A DNA stretch of 64,000 nucleotides. It comes from Squalus acanthias. Taxonomy: Eukaryota. Under the pieces are notes generated by a model, which was not told the DNA's origin, made no database searches, and saw only the letters and a list, made by a program, of their open reading frames with translations. A program made the position numbers and the translations under genes. Below are positions 38,090 through 50,200 of this stretch, in pieces (positions within the stretch are counted from its first letter, which is position 1; the number at the start of each line of letters is the position of its first letter). The stretch is from contig CM059432.1 of the NCBI GenBank assembly GCA_030390025.1, positions 12,958,001 to 13,022,000 of the forward strand, written 5' to 3'.

Positions 38090-39040
38090 CTAGTTTAAAT
38101 CCTTCCCAACAGCACTAGCAAAGCCCCCTGTGAGGATCTTGGTCCCGGTTCTGCCGAGGTGTAATTCGTCCAGCTTGTACAGGTCCCACCTTCCCCAGAA
38201 TCGGTTCCAATGCCTCAGGAATTTAAATCCCTCCCTCCTACACCATCTCTCCAGCCATGCATTCATCTGGTCTATTCTCCTATTTCTGCTCTCGCTAGCA
38301 TGTGGCACTGGGAGTAATCCTGAGATTACTACCTTTGAGGTCCTGCTTTTTAATTTATTTCCTAGCTCCCTATATTCTGCTTGCAGGGCCTCATCCCTCT
38401 TTCTACCTATGTCGTTGGTACCGATATGGACCACGACCTCTGGCTGTTCACCCTCCCCCTTCAGAATGTCCTGCAGTCGCTCAGTGACATCCTTGACCCT
38501 GGCACCAGGGAGGCAACATACCGTCCTGGAGTCACGTCTTCGGCCACAGAAACGTCTATCTGTTCCCCTTATGATAGAATCCCCTATCACTATTGCTCTC
38601 CCACTCTTTTTCCTCCCCTCCTGTGCAGCTGAGCCACTCGTAGTGTCACAAACTTGGCTCTTGCTGCATTCCCCTGAGAAACCATCTCCCCCAGCAGTAT
38701 CCAAAACAGAAAATCTGTTGGAGAGGGAGATGGAGAAAGGGGACTCCTGCACTACCTTCCTAGTTCTTTTACTCTGTCTGGCAGGTCACCCATTCCCTTT
38801 CTGCCTGTGCACTCTTTACCTGCGGTGTGACCACGTCGTTAAACGTGCTATCCACATAGATCTCAGCCTCGCGGATGCTCCACAGTGACTCCAGCTGCCG
38901 CTCCAGATCCGAAATGCGGATTTCGAGTAGCTGCAGCTGGAGACACTTCCTGCACATGTGTTCGCCCTGGACACCGAAGTGTCCCTGACTTCCCACATAG
39001 CACAGGAGGGGCACTCCACGCTGCCGAGCTGTCCTGCCAT
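38090..39040 (-). pseudogene. CR1-B ORF1: zinc finger/leucine zipper plus SGNH esterase (frameshifted)
   Basis: CPSC...CRKC, LLEIRISDLERQLESL, IGDSIIRG, CLPGA, HIGTND, DELHL. Confidence 0.88.
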
Positions 39041-39433
39041 TTCCTACCCTTAATTTACTTCCTTTACTTCCTCTAAATTAAAGAATATTAAATATACTAG
39101 GGACCTTACTTCACTTTACACACTACTTACTCTAAACTAGAGACCTTACTTTTACTTTAACGACTGGACTGTAGAAATACTCACCAGGTCCTACTTACCA
39201 ATCAGCTCCTTCCCTGGTTGTGACGTCACTTTAGTGGTTTTACAGTTGTTGTTGTTGTTGTTTGACTGCTCCCGCTCTCGGACTCTTTCCTTGGTGTAAA
39301 GTAAGAACCAATTCCTACAGGGTGAAAAGTTAGGAAAAGCAAAGGCGAAGCAAGGGAGCTCCTCCTCCCACTCCTCACCTAACTCCCTCACTCACCCAAC
39401 TCCAGCACTCTGTTCAAACCGCACTTTGTGCAA

Positions 39434-39959
39434 ATCCCTGTTTATCCCTGCTAAAGGCTAGGAAATTTCGATTTTAAACAGTAACAGTAAATGTGAAACA
39501 AACAAACATTTGATTTTTAGAAAACAGTTAAGACTCCCTCACTCACCCAACTCCAGCACTCTGTTCAAACCGCACTCAATGCAAATCGCACTGCAAAGTC
39601 TGTTTTTATAGGCCCTGAAACAAAGGAGCTGGCTGAGCCCTGCTACAGGAAAACCAGTTTAATCTAGTTTCCCTAATTAACTGCCTTCAGCTGCTCTGAA
39701 TTGTAGGCCTTGTATATCCCTGTTTATCCCTGCTTAAGGCTAGGAAATTTCGATTTTAAACAGTAACAGTAAATGTGAAAGAAACAAAAGTTTGATTTTT
39801 AGAAAACAGTTAAGACTCCCTCACTCACCCAACTCCAGCACTCAGTGCAAATCGCACTGCGAAGCCTGTTTTTATAGGCCCTGAAACAAAGGAGCTAGCT
39901 GAGCCCTGCTACAGGAAAACCAGTTTAATCTAGTTTCCCTAATTAACTGGCTTCAGCTG
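39434..39959 (-). repeat. Tandem monomers of about 282 bp in the CR1-B 5' UTR, each with a TATA box
   Basis: ATCCCTGTTTATCCCTGC recurs at 39434 and 39716; minus-strand CCTATAAAAA at 39603-39612 and 39869-39878. Confidence 0.85.
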
Positions 39960-40886
39960 CTATAGAAGACTTTTGGATTACCTTTTATGTTAGCTGCCAT
40001 TCTATTCTCAAACCCTCTCTTTGCCCCTCTTATTTTCTTTTTCACTTCTCCTCTGAACTTTCTATATTTAGCCTGATTCTCAGATGTATTCTCAACCTGA
40101 CATCTGTCATATGTGCTCTTTTTCTGCTCCATCTTACTCTCTATCTCTTTCGTCATCCAGGGAGCTCTGACTTTAGTTGCCCTACCTTTCCCCCTAGTGG
40201 GAATGTACCTTGAATGTACCCAAACTATTTCCTCTTTAAAGGCAGCCCATTGTTCCACTACAGTTTTGCCTGCCAATCTTTGATTCCAATTTACCCGGGC
40301 CAGATCATTCACATTCCACTGAAATTGGCCTTCCTCCAATTAAGTATTTTTACTCTAGATTGCTTCCTGTCCTTTTCCATAGCTAATCTAAACCTTATGA
40401 TACTATGATCGCTGTTCCCTAAATGTTCACCTACTGACACTTGCTCCACTTGACCTACTTCATTCTTCAGAACCAGATCCAGCAATGTCTCCTTCCTCGT
40501 TGGGCCGGAAACATACACTTCAGAAATTCTTCCCCCTCCCTGCCCTTTACACTATTACTATCCCAGTTTATATTAGGATAGTTGAAGTCCCCCCATTATC
40601 ACTACTCTATAGTTGTTGCATCTCTCTGTAATTTCCCTGCAAATTTTCTCCTCCATATTTTTCCCACTAGTTGGTGGGCTATAGAATATAACTAGTCATG
40701 TAATGGCACCTCTATTATTTCTTAACTCTAGCCATATAGATTCTGTCCTTGACCCCTCCAGGACATCCTCTCTCTCCAGCACTGTAACATTCTCCTTAAC
40801 CAATACTGCCACACCACCTCCTTTCTTTCCTTCCCTATCTTTCCTGAACACCTTATATCCAGGAATATTTAATACCCAATCCTGCC

Positions 40887-42117
40887 TGTAAGCGGTTTTG
40901 ATCCTAGCCCAATTGCTAGACGGACGGTTCGAATCGCCTCCACCTTACAAAAGTTCCATACCCGGGAATTATTATTCTGAGTGTAAATGAAATAACTCAC
41001 GGACAGGAATGCTTCGGTGAAAAATCATACTTATATTTATTTGGTCTAACATACACTGGCTAAAACATGCACTACTAAACGAAATCACTGTCTCTGTGGA
41101 GAATAAGATCCAGGTTACAAACAACATACATACAGTATACAACTGGGGACTGTAACATGCAGTAATTCCCTTGTTGCTATGGTGGACTCTAACTCCACCC
41201 CTACCAACGAATTACCCAGTCGCATAAGCCCCTTCGCCTGGCTGAACCAAACGAAGCTTCCACCCTCGGAATAGCCCAAAAAAACTTCACTTCTGAGAAA
41301 AACCCTGAGCCCTTACACCTCACCCAGCTTGCCTGGGATATCTGGTTACCGGCTTGGGACACTCGAGACCATGCTTACCATCACACACAGTCGGTCTCGA
41401 TCACTCCGCTCAGCTGTGGGAAGTCACTGCCTGGAGGCCGTTCCCTGTGAGGGGTATGCGGTCTCAGTCTCAGTGGCTTCTTCCTCTGGTACTTCTTCTT
41501 GTTAGGTCGATCTTGGTGGAGCAAGAGTGAGAGAGAGAGAATGGTGGAAAAAGATTATCTTTATAGGAGTCTTGCTACCCCTATCTTTCCCGCCAATCTT
41601 TAAAATCCTTTTGTTTCTAAGCACTCCAGTGCTTAGTCAGTGATGGGCCATCACCAGACCCATGTGCATTCCGTGATTGGACTAATGGCCCTAAGTCTGG
41701 GACATATCTCGGTCTTTGTGTTGGGAAAAACTGGCTCCTCTTCGGCTGGCTAGGCTAGTGGGTTCATTGTTCTGCTTCTCTTCTGAGATGGAGGTGAGAA
41801 ATGCTTTTGCATATTAGAGTGGCTTTCTAATAGGTTCAAGTTAACAGGTGCCTCAGGGTCCTCAGCCCCTTCGTCAATGCCCCCCCCCCTTCCTTTTTCC
41901 TGGACTGTCGGGCGAACCCATACATTCTGGATGACTGACAGTTCTTTTGTCACAGCCAACTGCCATGCGTTCTCTGGAGTTTTAACAAACCAGTTTTTCA
42001 CGTATCTGCACAGGGTGATCCCATCACAGGGAAAATACCCTCAGAAAAATCTCATAAAGTCCACAAAATATTCTCGACTGAGTCCATTCTTCAAACAGAG
42101 ACTTTGCGATCTCTTCA
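40887..42117 (-). mobile_element. Solo LTR, 1231 bp
   Basis: TG...CA termini; 4-bp TSD TGCC (40883-40886, 42118-42121); minus-strand CCAAT (41676-41680), TATAAA (41560-41565) and AATAAA (41036-41041) in U3-R-U5 order. Confidence 0.8.
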
Positions 42118-43153
42118 TGCCCTTTCTTGAGCCAGGTCTCCGTTATTGCCACGACATCATATTCCCATGTGGCTATTTGCACCTTCAGCTCACAAACCTT
42201 GTTTACTATGCTTTGTGCGTTCACATACATACACTGTAAACCTCTCTTAGACCATCCTGTGTTCTCTTAGTCTGACCCCACCTAATACCTTACTATTTCT
42301 TGCTTTAGTGCTATCTGTCTCTCCCAATCCTTTGTGCCCTTTGTTTCTCCTTTCTAATGCTACATCTTGGTGCCCATCCCCCTGCCAACTTAGTTTAAAC
42401 CCTTCCCAACAGCACCAGCAAACCTTCCCGCGAGGATATTGGTACCGGCTCTGTTGAGGTGCAACCCGTCCGGCCTGTACAGGTCCCACCTCCCCCAGAA
42501 CCGGCCCCAATACCCCAGGAATCTGAAGCCCTCCCTCCCGCACCATCTCTCCAGCCACGCATTCATCTGCTCTATCCTCCTATTTCTATACTAACTCGCG
42601 CGTGGCACCGGGAGTAATCCGGAGATTACTACCTTTGAGGTCCTGCTTTATAATCTCTTTCCTAGCTCCCTAAAATCTGCCTGCAGGACCACATCCCTTT
42701 GTCTACCCATGCCGATATGGACCACGGCCTCTAGCTGTTCACCCACCCCCCTCAGAATGTTCTGCAGCCGCTCAGTGACATCCTTGACCCTGGTACCAGG
42801 GAGGCAACATACCATCCTGGAGTCACGTCTGCGGCCGCAGAAACACCTGTCTGCTCCCCTAACTATCGAATTCCCTACCACTATTGCTTTCCCTGTCTTC
42901 CTCATCCCCCCTTGTACAGCTGAGACACACGTGGTGCCATGGACTTGGCTCTGGCTGTACTCCCCAGAGGAACCAACTGGGTTTCAGAAGAGCAGCAATC
43001 AAGGGGTGATTCATGCCCTCTAACTGCTGTTCTCTCTTTTGTTTACTGTTCCTGTCTGCTGCTGGTCCCTGTTGGATGGTCAATCAAAAAAAGTGCTTGT
43101 TTTACAAATTGCTAGTAATTCAAAACTCCACCACCAGCTTTCGATCCTGCACT

Positions 43154-43627
43154 GTGTCAGCTGTGGCTCAGTCGGTGGCACCCTCACTTCTGGAGTCAGA
43201 AGGATTGTGGGTTCAAGTCTCACTCCAGAGACTTTGAGCACAAACATCTAGGCTGACGCTCCAGTGCAGTACTGAGGGAGTTCTGCACTGTCGGAGGTGC
43301 CGTCTTTCAGATGAGATGTTAAACCGAGGCCCTGTCTGCTCTCTCAGGTAGATGTAAAAGAGCCCATGGCGACTATTTCGAAGAAGAGCAGGGGTGTTCT
43401 CCCTGGTGTCCTGGCTAATATTTATCCCTCAACCAACATCACTAAAAACAGATTATCTGGTCATTATCACATTGCTGTTTGTGGGAGCTTGCTGTGCGCA
43501 AATCAGCTGCTGCGTTTCCTACATTACAACAGCAACTACACTTCAAAAAGTACTTCATTGGCTGTAAAGTGCATTGGGACACCCTGAGGTTGTGAAAGGC
43601 GCTGTATAAATGCAAGACTTCTTTTTT
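43154..43627 (+). mobile_element. Deu-SINE, full length
   Basis: A-box TGGCTCAGTCGG, B-box GGTTCAAGTC, core and tail. Confidence 0.9.
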
Positions 43628-44416
43628 GAGTCCTGTCTCTCTATGGCCTTGCCTCGCCCTATCTCTGGAACCTGATTTGGGCCTATGTCCCAGCGCAGAT
43701 TATCCGCTTCCCCACTTGGTCTCCTTTACATCCCCCCTCTTTCTGCTTCACCTTCAGCAGCAAAGCCCTTCAGCCATCTTGTCCCCACACTGTAGAACTC
43801 GCTCCCCAATTCCCTCCACCTTGCTTTCTCTCTCCGCTCCTTCAAAAGTCTCCGCAAAAACCTAACTCTTTAACCTTGCCTTAGCTCATCATACTTAAAA
43901 CCTTTTCCCCTCACTGCTTTGGCAATTGTTATTTTTGTGCTTTTGGACGTGTTTGAGTGTATGCCTGTATGAGAGTGAATGAGTAGAGATGGAAGGCATA
44001 ACAAGAGAAGGATGGGTGAGGCTTACAGGTTTACCCTCCACCATATTCCCTATGTTCTTAATGCCAAGTGCTTAATGATGGCCAGGAACAACAACAACTT
44101 GCATTTATATAATGCCTTTAATGTAGCAAGGCACTTCACCGGAGCGTTATCAAACAAAATTTGACACCGAGCCACATAAGGGGAAATTAGGGCAGATGAC
44201 CAAAAGATTGGTCAAAGAAGTAGGTTCTAAAGAGTGTCTTGAAGGAGGAAAGAGAGGTAGAGAGGAGGATAGGTTTAGGGAGGGAATTCCAGAGCTTAGG
44301 GCTCAGCCACCAATGGGAAGTGATTAAAATCGGGGATGTGCAAGAGGCCAGAATTGGAGGAGCGCAGCTATCTTAGAGGGCTGGAGGAGGTTACAGAGAT
44401 AGGGAGGGGCGAGGCC

Positions 44417-45848
44417 GTTCCATTTCCCGCACTTCTGCACTCACCCCTTCTCCCTCCCAGAACCATGATTCTGGAGGCAGTTCACAGACGATTCACTAGG
44501 TTAATTCCAGAGATGAGGGGGTTGACTTATGAAGAAAGGTTGGGCCTATACTCATTGGAATTTAGAAGAATAAGAGGTGATCTTACTGAAACATATAAGA
44601 TACTGAGGGGGCTCGACAAGGTAGATGCAGAGAGTTTCCCCTCATGGGGAAATCTAGAACTCGGGGGCATAGTTTCAGAATAAAGGGTCGCCCTTTTAGA
44701 ACTGAGATGAGGAGGAATTTCGTCTCTCAGAGGGTCGTAAATCTGTGGAATTCTCTGCCCCAGAGAGCCATGGAGGCTGGGTCATTAAATACATTTAAGG
44801 TGGAGATAGACAGATTTTTGCAAGATAAGGGAGTGAAGGGTTATGGGGAGCGGGCAGGGAAGTGGCTTTGAGCCCAAGATCAGCCATGATCTTATTGAAT
44901 GGCGGAGCAGGCTGGAGGGGCCAAGTGGCCTATTCCTGCTCCTATTTCTTATGTTCTTATGATAGGGTTCCCCTTGTCCTCACCTTTCACCCCACCAGCC
45001 TCCACATTCAATGGATCATCCTCCGCCATTTCCGCCACCTCCAGCGTGATCCCACCACCAAACAAATCTTCCCCTCCCCTCCCCTTTCAGCATTCCGAAG
45101 GGACCGCTCCCACCGCAACACCCTGGTCCACTCCTCAATCACCCCCAATCAGCCCCTCTCCCTCCCCACGGCACCTTCCCGTGCAAGCACAGGAGATGCA
45201 ACACATGCCCTTTTACTCCACCCTTCCCACTGTCCAGGGCCCCAAACACCCCTTCCAGGTGAAACAGTGATTTACTTGTACTTCTTGCAATTTAGTATAC
45301 TGTATTCGCTGCTCATGATGCGGTCTCCTCTACATTGGGGATACCAAACGCAGATTGGGTGACCGCTTTGTGGAACACCTCCGTTCAGTCCGTAAGGGTG
45401 ACACCAAGCTTCCGGTCGCTTGGCACTTTAATTCTCCGCTCCACTCCCACTCTGACCTCTCTGTCCTCAGCCTCTTACACTGTTCAACGAAGCTCAACGT
45501 AAGCTCCAGGAACAGCACCACATCTTTCGATTAGGCACTTTACAGCCTTCTGGACTCAACATTGAGTTCAACAATTTCAGACTATAACCCCTGCCCCTAT
45601 TTTACCACATGGCAGCTATTGATGATTCTGCCATCCCCATTTGCAACATTTAATCTCTCCTGCCTTCCACCCTATCACAGACCTTTCCTTTTGTTCTTTC
45701 TTCCCCTCCCACTTTCCCTGCCTCTGCACCTGCTTAAAACCTGCTACATCTCTAACTTTTTCCAGTTCTGACGAAGGGTCACGTTAACTCTGTTTCTCTC
45801 TCCACGGATGCTGCCTGGCCTGCTGACTGTTTCCAGCATTTTCTGTTA
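44417..45848 (+). mobile_element. Penelope-like element (second family) with GIY-YIG, split by a CR1 fragment
   Basis: NHD|RVPLVLTFHP; LVYCIRCS*CGLLYIGDTKRRLGDRF; remnant hammerhead CTGACGAAGGGTC at 45768-45780. Confidence 0.85.
44470..44958 (+). mobile_element. CR1 3' fragment inserted in the Penelope element
   Basis: TSD ATGAT (44465-44469, 44959-44963); LGLYSLEFRR...LWNSLPQ; tail. Confidence 0.88.
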
Positions 45849-46346
45849 TTTAAGAATTTTAAAATTGAGGCATGGCCAGTGTAGGTCAGCGAGCTACGAT
45901 GGATGAACGGGACTGGGTGTAAATTAGGATACGGGCAGCAGAGTCTCGGATGAGCTCAAGTTTACGGAGGGTGCAAGGGGCGAGGCCGGCCAGGAGAGCA
46001 TTGGAATTGCCATGTCTAGAGGGAACAACGGTATGGATGAGGGTTTCAGCAGAAGATGAGCTGAGGCGGGGCGGAGACGGACAAAGTTACGGAGGTGGAA
46101 GTAGACAGCCTTGGTGATGGAGCAGATATGGGGTCGGAAGCTCATCTCAGGGTCAAATAGAGCACCAAGGTTGTAAACGGTCTGGTTCGTCCTCAGAGAG
46201 GGCTGGAGTACACATCAAGACCTTGACCTCTCTGTACGTTTCTCCAACATTGCTATGTTCCATTCTGTTATGATCCAGTAAGGTTAGAAGAAAACACTTT
46301 GTGGCATGAATCCTTCGGACAGCTAGTTGGTACAGAAACTGTTCAG

Positions 46347-46591
46347 TCATCCTAAGTTGGCAGTTTCCTTCAGGTCTTCCATCTCCATCTGCATTTGCAG
46401 CCAGATCCTCCAGGTGCTGCAGGCAACATTTACCTTGTTCACTAATTGTTGCCAGGCATTGTGTCTGACTCCTTTGTGGAGAAGATGCCTTGATGTGCCA
46501 AACAAGGCTGTCCTCCTTTTCCTCACTTCAGCCACATGGCCTCAAGGACTTCTTCCATAAATTTGGGCGTACACTGTCTAGAAGCCTTCAT
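46347..46591 (-). mobile_element. Degraded Harbinger Myb/SANT-like DNA-binding ORF (NAIF1-like domain)
   Basis: Across one frameshift: MKASRQCTPKFMEEVLEA/VAEVRKRRTALFG...AWQQLVNKVNVACSTWRIWLQ...DLK; TIR-like aacctggccc at about 51470 on the far side of the Gypsy element. Confidence 0.55.
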
Positions 46592-46834
46592 TTCACTGCA
46601 GTCCTAATCTTCAGTAATCAAAACTTCCTGTTTAGTCCAGAACGCAGCCCTTTAAAAGACTGCAGCAGCACACGTGCTTAGACAGCCCACTTTGCAAGCA
46701 AGTGCTCACCATTAATTAGTAATTCAGTCCAAACCTGAAAATCTGTTGGGAACTGCCGCGTGGTACAAGTCACCAGAGCCCCCTCGAGCATTCTGTTCTT
46801 CCCAATAATATGTATCGCAAAGAATGTTTTACAC

Positions 46835-47081
46835 TGTTGAGGCTGCCGCGAAACACGAATTAAGACTGAATCCATGTGTGTAAAACAAAGGCTTTTTAAT
46901 ACCACTGCATGGTCCAAAATGGCTGAACAGACTGCTCCCAGAATTCTCTGGAAAAATCCTGAGGCCCCGCCCACTCCTTTTCTCCTGCCTTAAAGGCAAG
47001 GTGCCTTAAAGGCAAGGTGCTCGATATATTGTCCACGGACGGAAAAGTGGATAATGCCCGTTTAGGTGGCGATCCGCCACA
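46835..47081 (-). repeat. 3' LTR (247 bp)
   Basis: Matches 50956-51203 with 4 transitions and 1 indel; preceded on the minus strand by PPT GGGGGGGAG (47085-47093). Confidence 0.95.
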
Positions 47082-47225
47082 CAGCTCCCCCCCAGAATCC
47101 GCTTAGGAGGTGTGGACGAGACAGTGCGGCGGTCTGATGGGCCGGCCGGAGCGGCTCTTGTAGGACGCCGGTGGACATGGAACGGCCGGGCGTGGAGCAG
47201 CCGGGTGAACCGGCTTGAGGGCAGG

Positions 47226-50200
47226 TCAGCCACGTGGCGGTGGACAAGCTACAGGGACCTGCTCACCGGGCTCCGACTGTGCTGGCTTGAGTCGGTCAAC
47301 CGACACTTTTTCGGTCCTGTCGCCCACTTGCAGGGTCAAAAATTTGTCCCCAGCCTGTAGCACCTTGTAGGGCCCGTCGTATGGGGGTTGAAGGGGTCCG
47401 CGGTGGGCGTCGTGCCAGACGAAAATGAACCGTGCCTGGTGCAGGCTTAGTGGGACGTGTGAGGTGGATTCGCCGTGTTGGGCAATGGGCACCGGGGCGA
47501 ACTGCAGTGCCGGTGAGGCGAAGTCGTGGCGCTGCTGGTCGGCTGACCAGGGTGTCGTGGCAGTGGGAGGAACTCGCCGGGTACGCGCAGCGGCTGACCG
47601 TACACGAGCTCTGCTGCCGATGCGTGGAGGTCTTCTTTAACCGCGGTGCGCAGGCCGAGGAGGACCCATGGAAGTCGGTCGGTCCAGGCGCCGTCCTGGA
47701 GGCTGGCTCGAAGAGATGCCTTCAAGGATCTGTGGAACCGCTCACACAGTCCGTTGGCTTGGGGGTGGTATGCTGTGGTGCGGTGAATGGTCACCCCGAG
47801 ATTGCGTGCGACGGCGGTCCAGAGTTCAGAGGTAAATTGCGGACCTCTGTCCGACGTCATGTCGGAGGGGACGCCGAACCGTGCGACCCAGGTGCTGACG
47901 AAGGCTCTGGCGATGTCAGCGGTGGTGGTAGAGGTCAGTGGAATTGCCTCGGGCCAGCGCGTGGTGCGGTCAACGATCGTCAGCAAGTGCGTGTGGCCTT
48001 GCGACGGCGGCAGGGGCCCGACGATGTCCACGTGGATGTGGTCGAATCTCCGTGAGGGGACGGTAAACTCCTCGAGGGGTGCTTTCGTGTGTTGCTGTAC
48101 CTTGGCCCGTTGGCAGGCTAGGCAGGAGTTGGCCCAAGTACGCACATCCTTGCGAAGGCCACGCCAGACAAAGCGGTTGGCTACCAATTTGATGGATGCG
48201 CGGGCGCCGGGGTGGGAGAGGTTGTGGAGAATGTCGAATACCCGGCGGCGCCAGGACGCTGGGACGACGGGCCGAGGTTGACATAGGGATATGTCGCACT
48301 TGACCGTGACTGAGGTCGGGCCACAGGCGACGTCGGCCAGGCGTAGCCCTGGTAGGTTGGTAGGTGCGGAGAGCAGATCAGGGTCAGTGATCTGGTCTGC
48401 TGCGAGTTGAGCGTAGTCGACTGCCAGGTGTGCGGCGTGGATGGTGGGGCGGGAGAGGCAGTCGGCTACCACATTGTCTTGGCCGGAGACGTGTTGGATG
48501 TCCGTGGTGAACTCAGACACTGCCGCGAGCTGGCGCTGCTGCCTGGCAGACCAGGGGTCAGTTGTCTTTGCCATTGCGAATGTCAGGGGCTTGTGGTCGA
48601 CAAACGCAGTGAAGGGGTGGCCCTCAAGCAAAAACCGAAAATGGCGGACCGCCAGGAACAGCGCGAGGAGCTCGCGGTCGAAGGTGCTGTACTTGACCTC
48701 CGGGGGGCGTAGTTGGCGGCTGAAGAAGGCAAGTGGTTGCCAGGCGCCGTCGACCCACTGCTCATACACGGCGCCGACCACGTGGTCGGAGGCGTCCGTG
48801 GTGAGCGCTACCCTGGCATTGGGCCGTGGGTGCGCGAGCAGGGTGGCGTTGGCGAGCGCGGTCTTGGTGGAGTCGAAGGCGGCGGACGCGTCTGCCGCCC
48901 ATTCGACCGCCATCTTGCCGCTCCTGCCCCAGAGGGCTTCATACAGGGGCCTCATGAGGGACGCCGCTTTGGGGATGAAGCGGTTATAGAAATTCACCAT
49001 CCCGAGGAACTCCTGGAGGCCTTTGATGGTGGTGGGGCGGGGAAATTGTTGGACGGCCTGCACCTCGGTGGGCAGGGGAATGGCCCCAGCATGGGTGATG
49101 TGGTGGCCGAGGAAGTCGATCTTGTCCAGGCCGAACTGGCATTTGGCTGGGCTGAGGATGAGCCCGTGGTCGCTGAGGCGCCCGAACAGGATGCGAAGGT
49201 GTTCGAGGTGTTCCTGCTTGGAGGAACTGGCTACCAGGATGTCGTCCAGGTAGACGAACAGGAACTTCAGGTCCCGAAGAACCGAGTCCATGAGCCGTTG
49301 GAATGCCGGGGCCGCATTTTTGAGGCCGAAGGGCATCCGCAGGAACTCGAACAGGCCGAAGGGGGTGATTACGGCCGTCTTGGGGACGTCCGCGGGGTGG
49401 ACGGGGTCTTGGTGGTAGCCGCGCACCAGGTTGACCTTGGAAAAGACTGAGCGGCCGGCCAGTCTAGCCGAGAAGTCCTGAATGTGCGGCACGGGGTACT
49501 GATCAGGGGTGGTGGCATCGTTGAGGCGGCGGTAATCCCCGCAGGCGCGCCAACCCCCGCCTGGTTTGGGGGCGATGTGGATTGGGGAGGCCCAGGGACT
49601 GTTGGAGCGGCGGATAATGCCGAGCTGTTCCATGGTGGCAAATTCGGTCCGCGCGATCTCCAGTTTGGCCGGGTCCAGCCTGCGGGCGTGGGCGTACACT
49701 GGGGGGCCTGTGGTGGGGATGAAGTGTTCCACCCCGTGTTTGGCAGCCTCCGCGGAGAAGGTCGGATTGGTAAGGGCCGGGAATTCGGCCAGGAGTGCCG
49801 AGTCGTCATCCGTGGCCCGGGCGTGGCACTGTGACGCCATGTCGGCGGGTTGACAGGGGGCCATGGCGCCCAGGATGGGGGACATGGTGTTCATGTCCAC
49901 GAGGCAGTGACGAGGGATGTCTACCAGTAGGCCGTGGGCGCACAGGAAATCTGCGCCGATGAGAGGGGAGAGCACCTTGGCAGTGATGAACTCCCATCGG
50001 TAGCGGCGACCAGCGAGGTCGAGGGTGACTGTCCGGGTGCCGTACGTCCGGATTTCCGAGCCGTTAGCAGCAGCCAGCGCCGGTCCTCGTTCGCCCTTTT
50101 GGATGTCGAGGGAGGAGGCCGGGATGATGCTGTGCTGAGCTCCAGTGTCGCACAGGAACCGGCGGCCGGTTTTGTCATCCGTGACGTACAGCAGGGAGCC

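Larger units (their letters stand above)
31940..39959 (-). mobile_element. CR1 element B, structurally complete (5' UTR monomers, ORF1, ORF2, tail), interrupted by element C
   Basis: TSD CTATA (31935-31939, 39960-39964); ORF1 at 38090-39040; endonuclease at 37034-37933; RT at 32150-33915. Confidence 0.9.
30066..42974 (-). mobile_element. CR1 element A (part of ORF1 esterase, ORF2, tail), host of nested insertions; own segments are 30066-31008, 31101-31939, 39960-40886 and 42118-42974
   Basis: TSD AACTG (30061-30065, 42975-42979); reading frame rejoins across the inserts (PKVFY|RHINSK; WLKKG|QDWVLNIPG); (CTATGATT)n tail. Confidence 0.85.
44087..46200 (-). mobile_element. L2 LINE 3' part (44087-44416 plus about 45850-46200) split by a Penelope element
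   Basis: (TTG)n tail; SFRPHICSITKAVYFHLRNFVRLRP. Confidence 0.75.

Noticed and set aside
38130..38888. 252-aa plus-strand ORF
   Set aside because: Antisense to the CR1 ORF1 esterase
43154..43230. tRNA gene (also similar heads at 5024, 27225, 29860, 36800)
   Set aside because: A and B boxes are present but run into SINE body and tail; these are SINE heads
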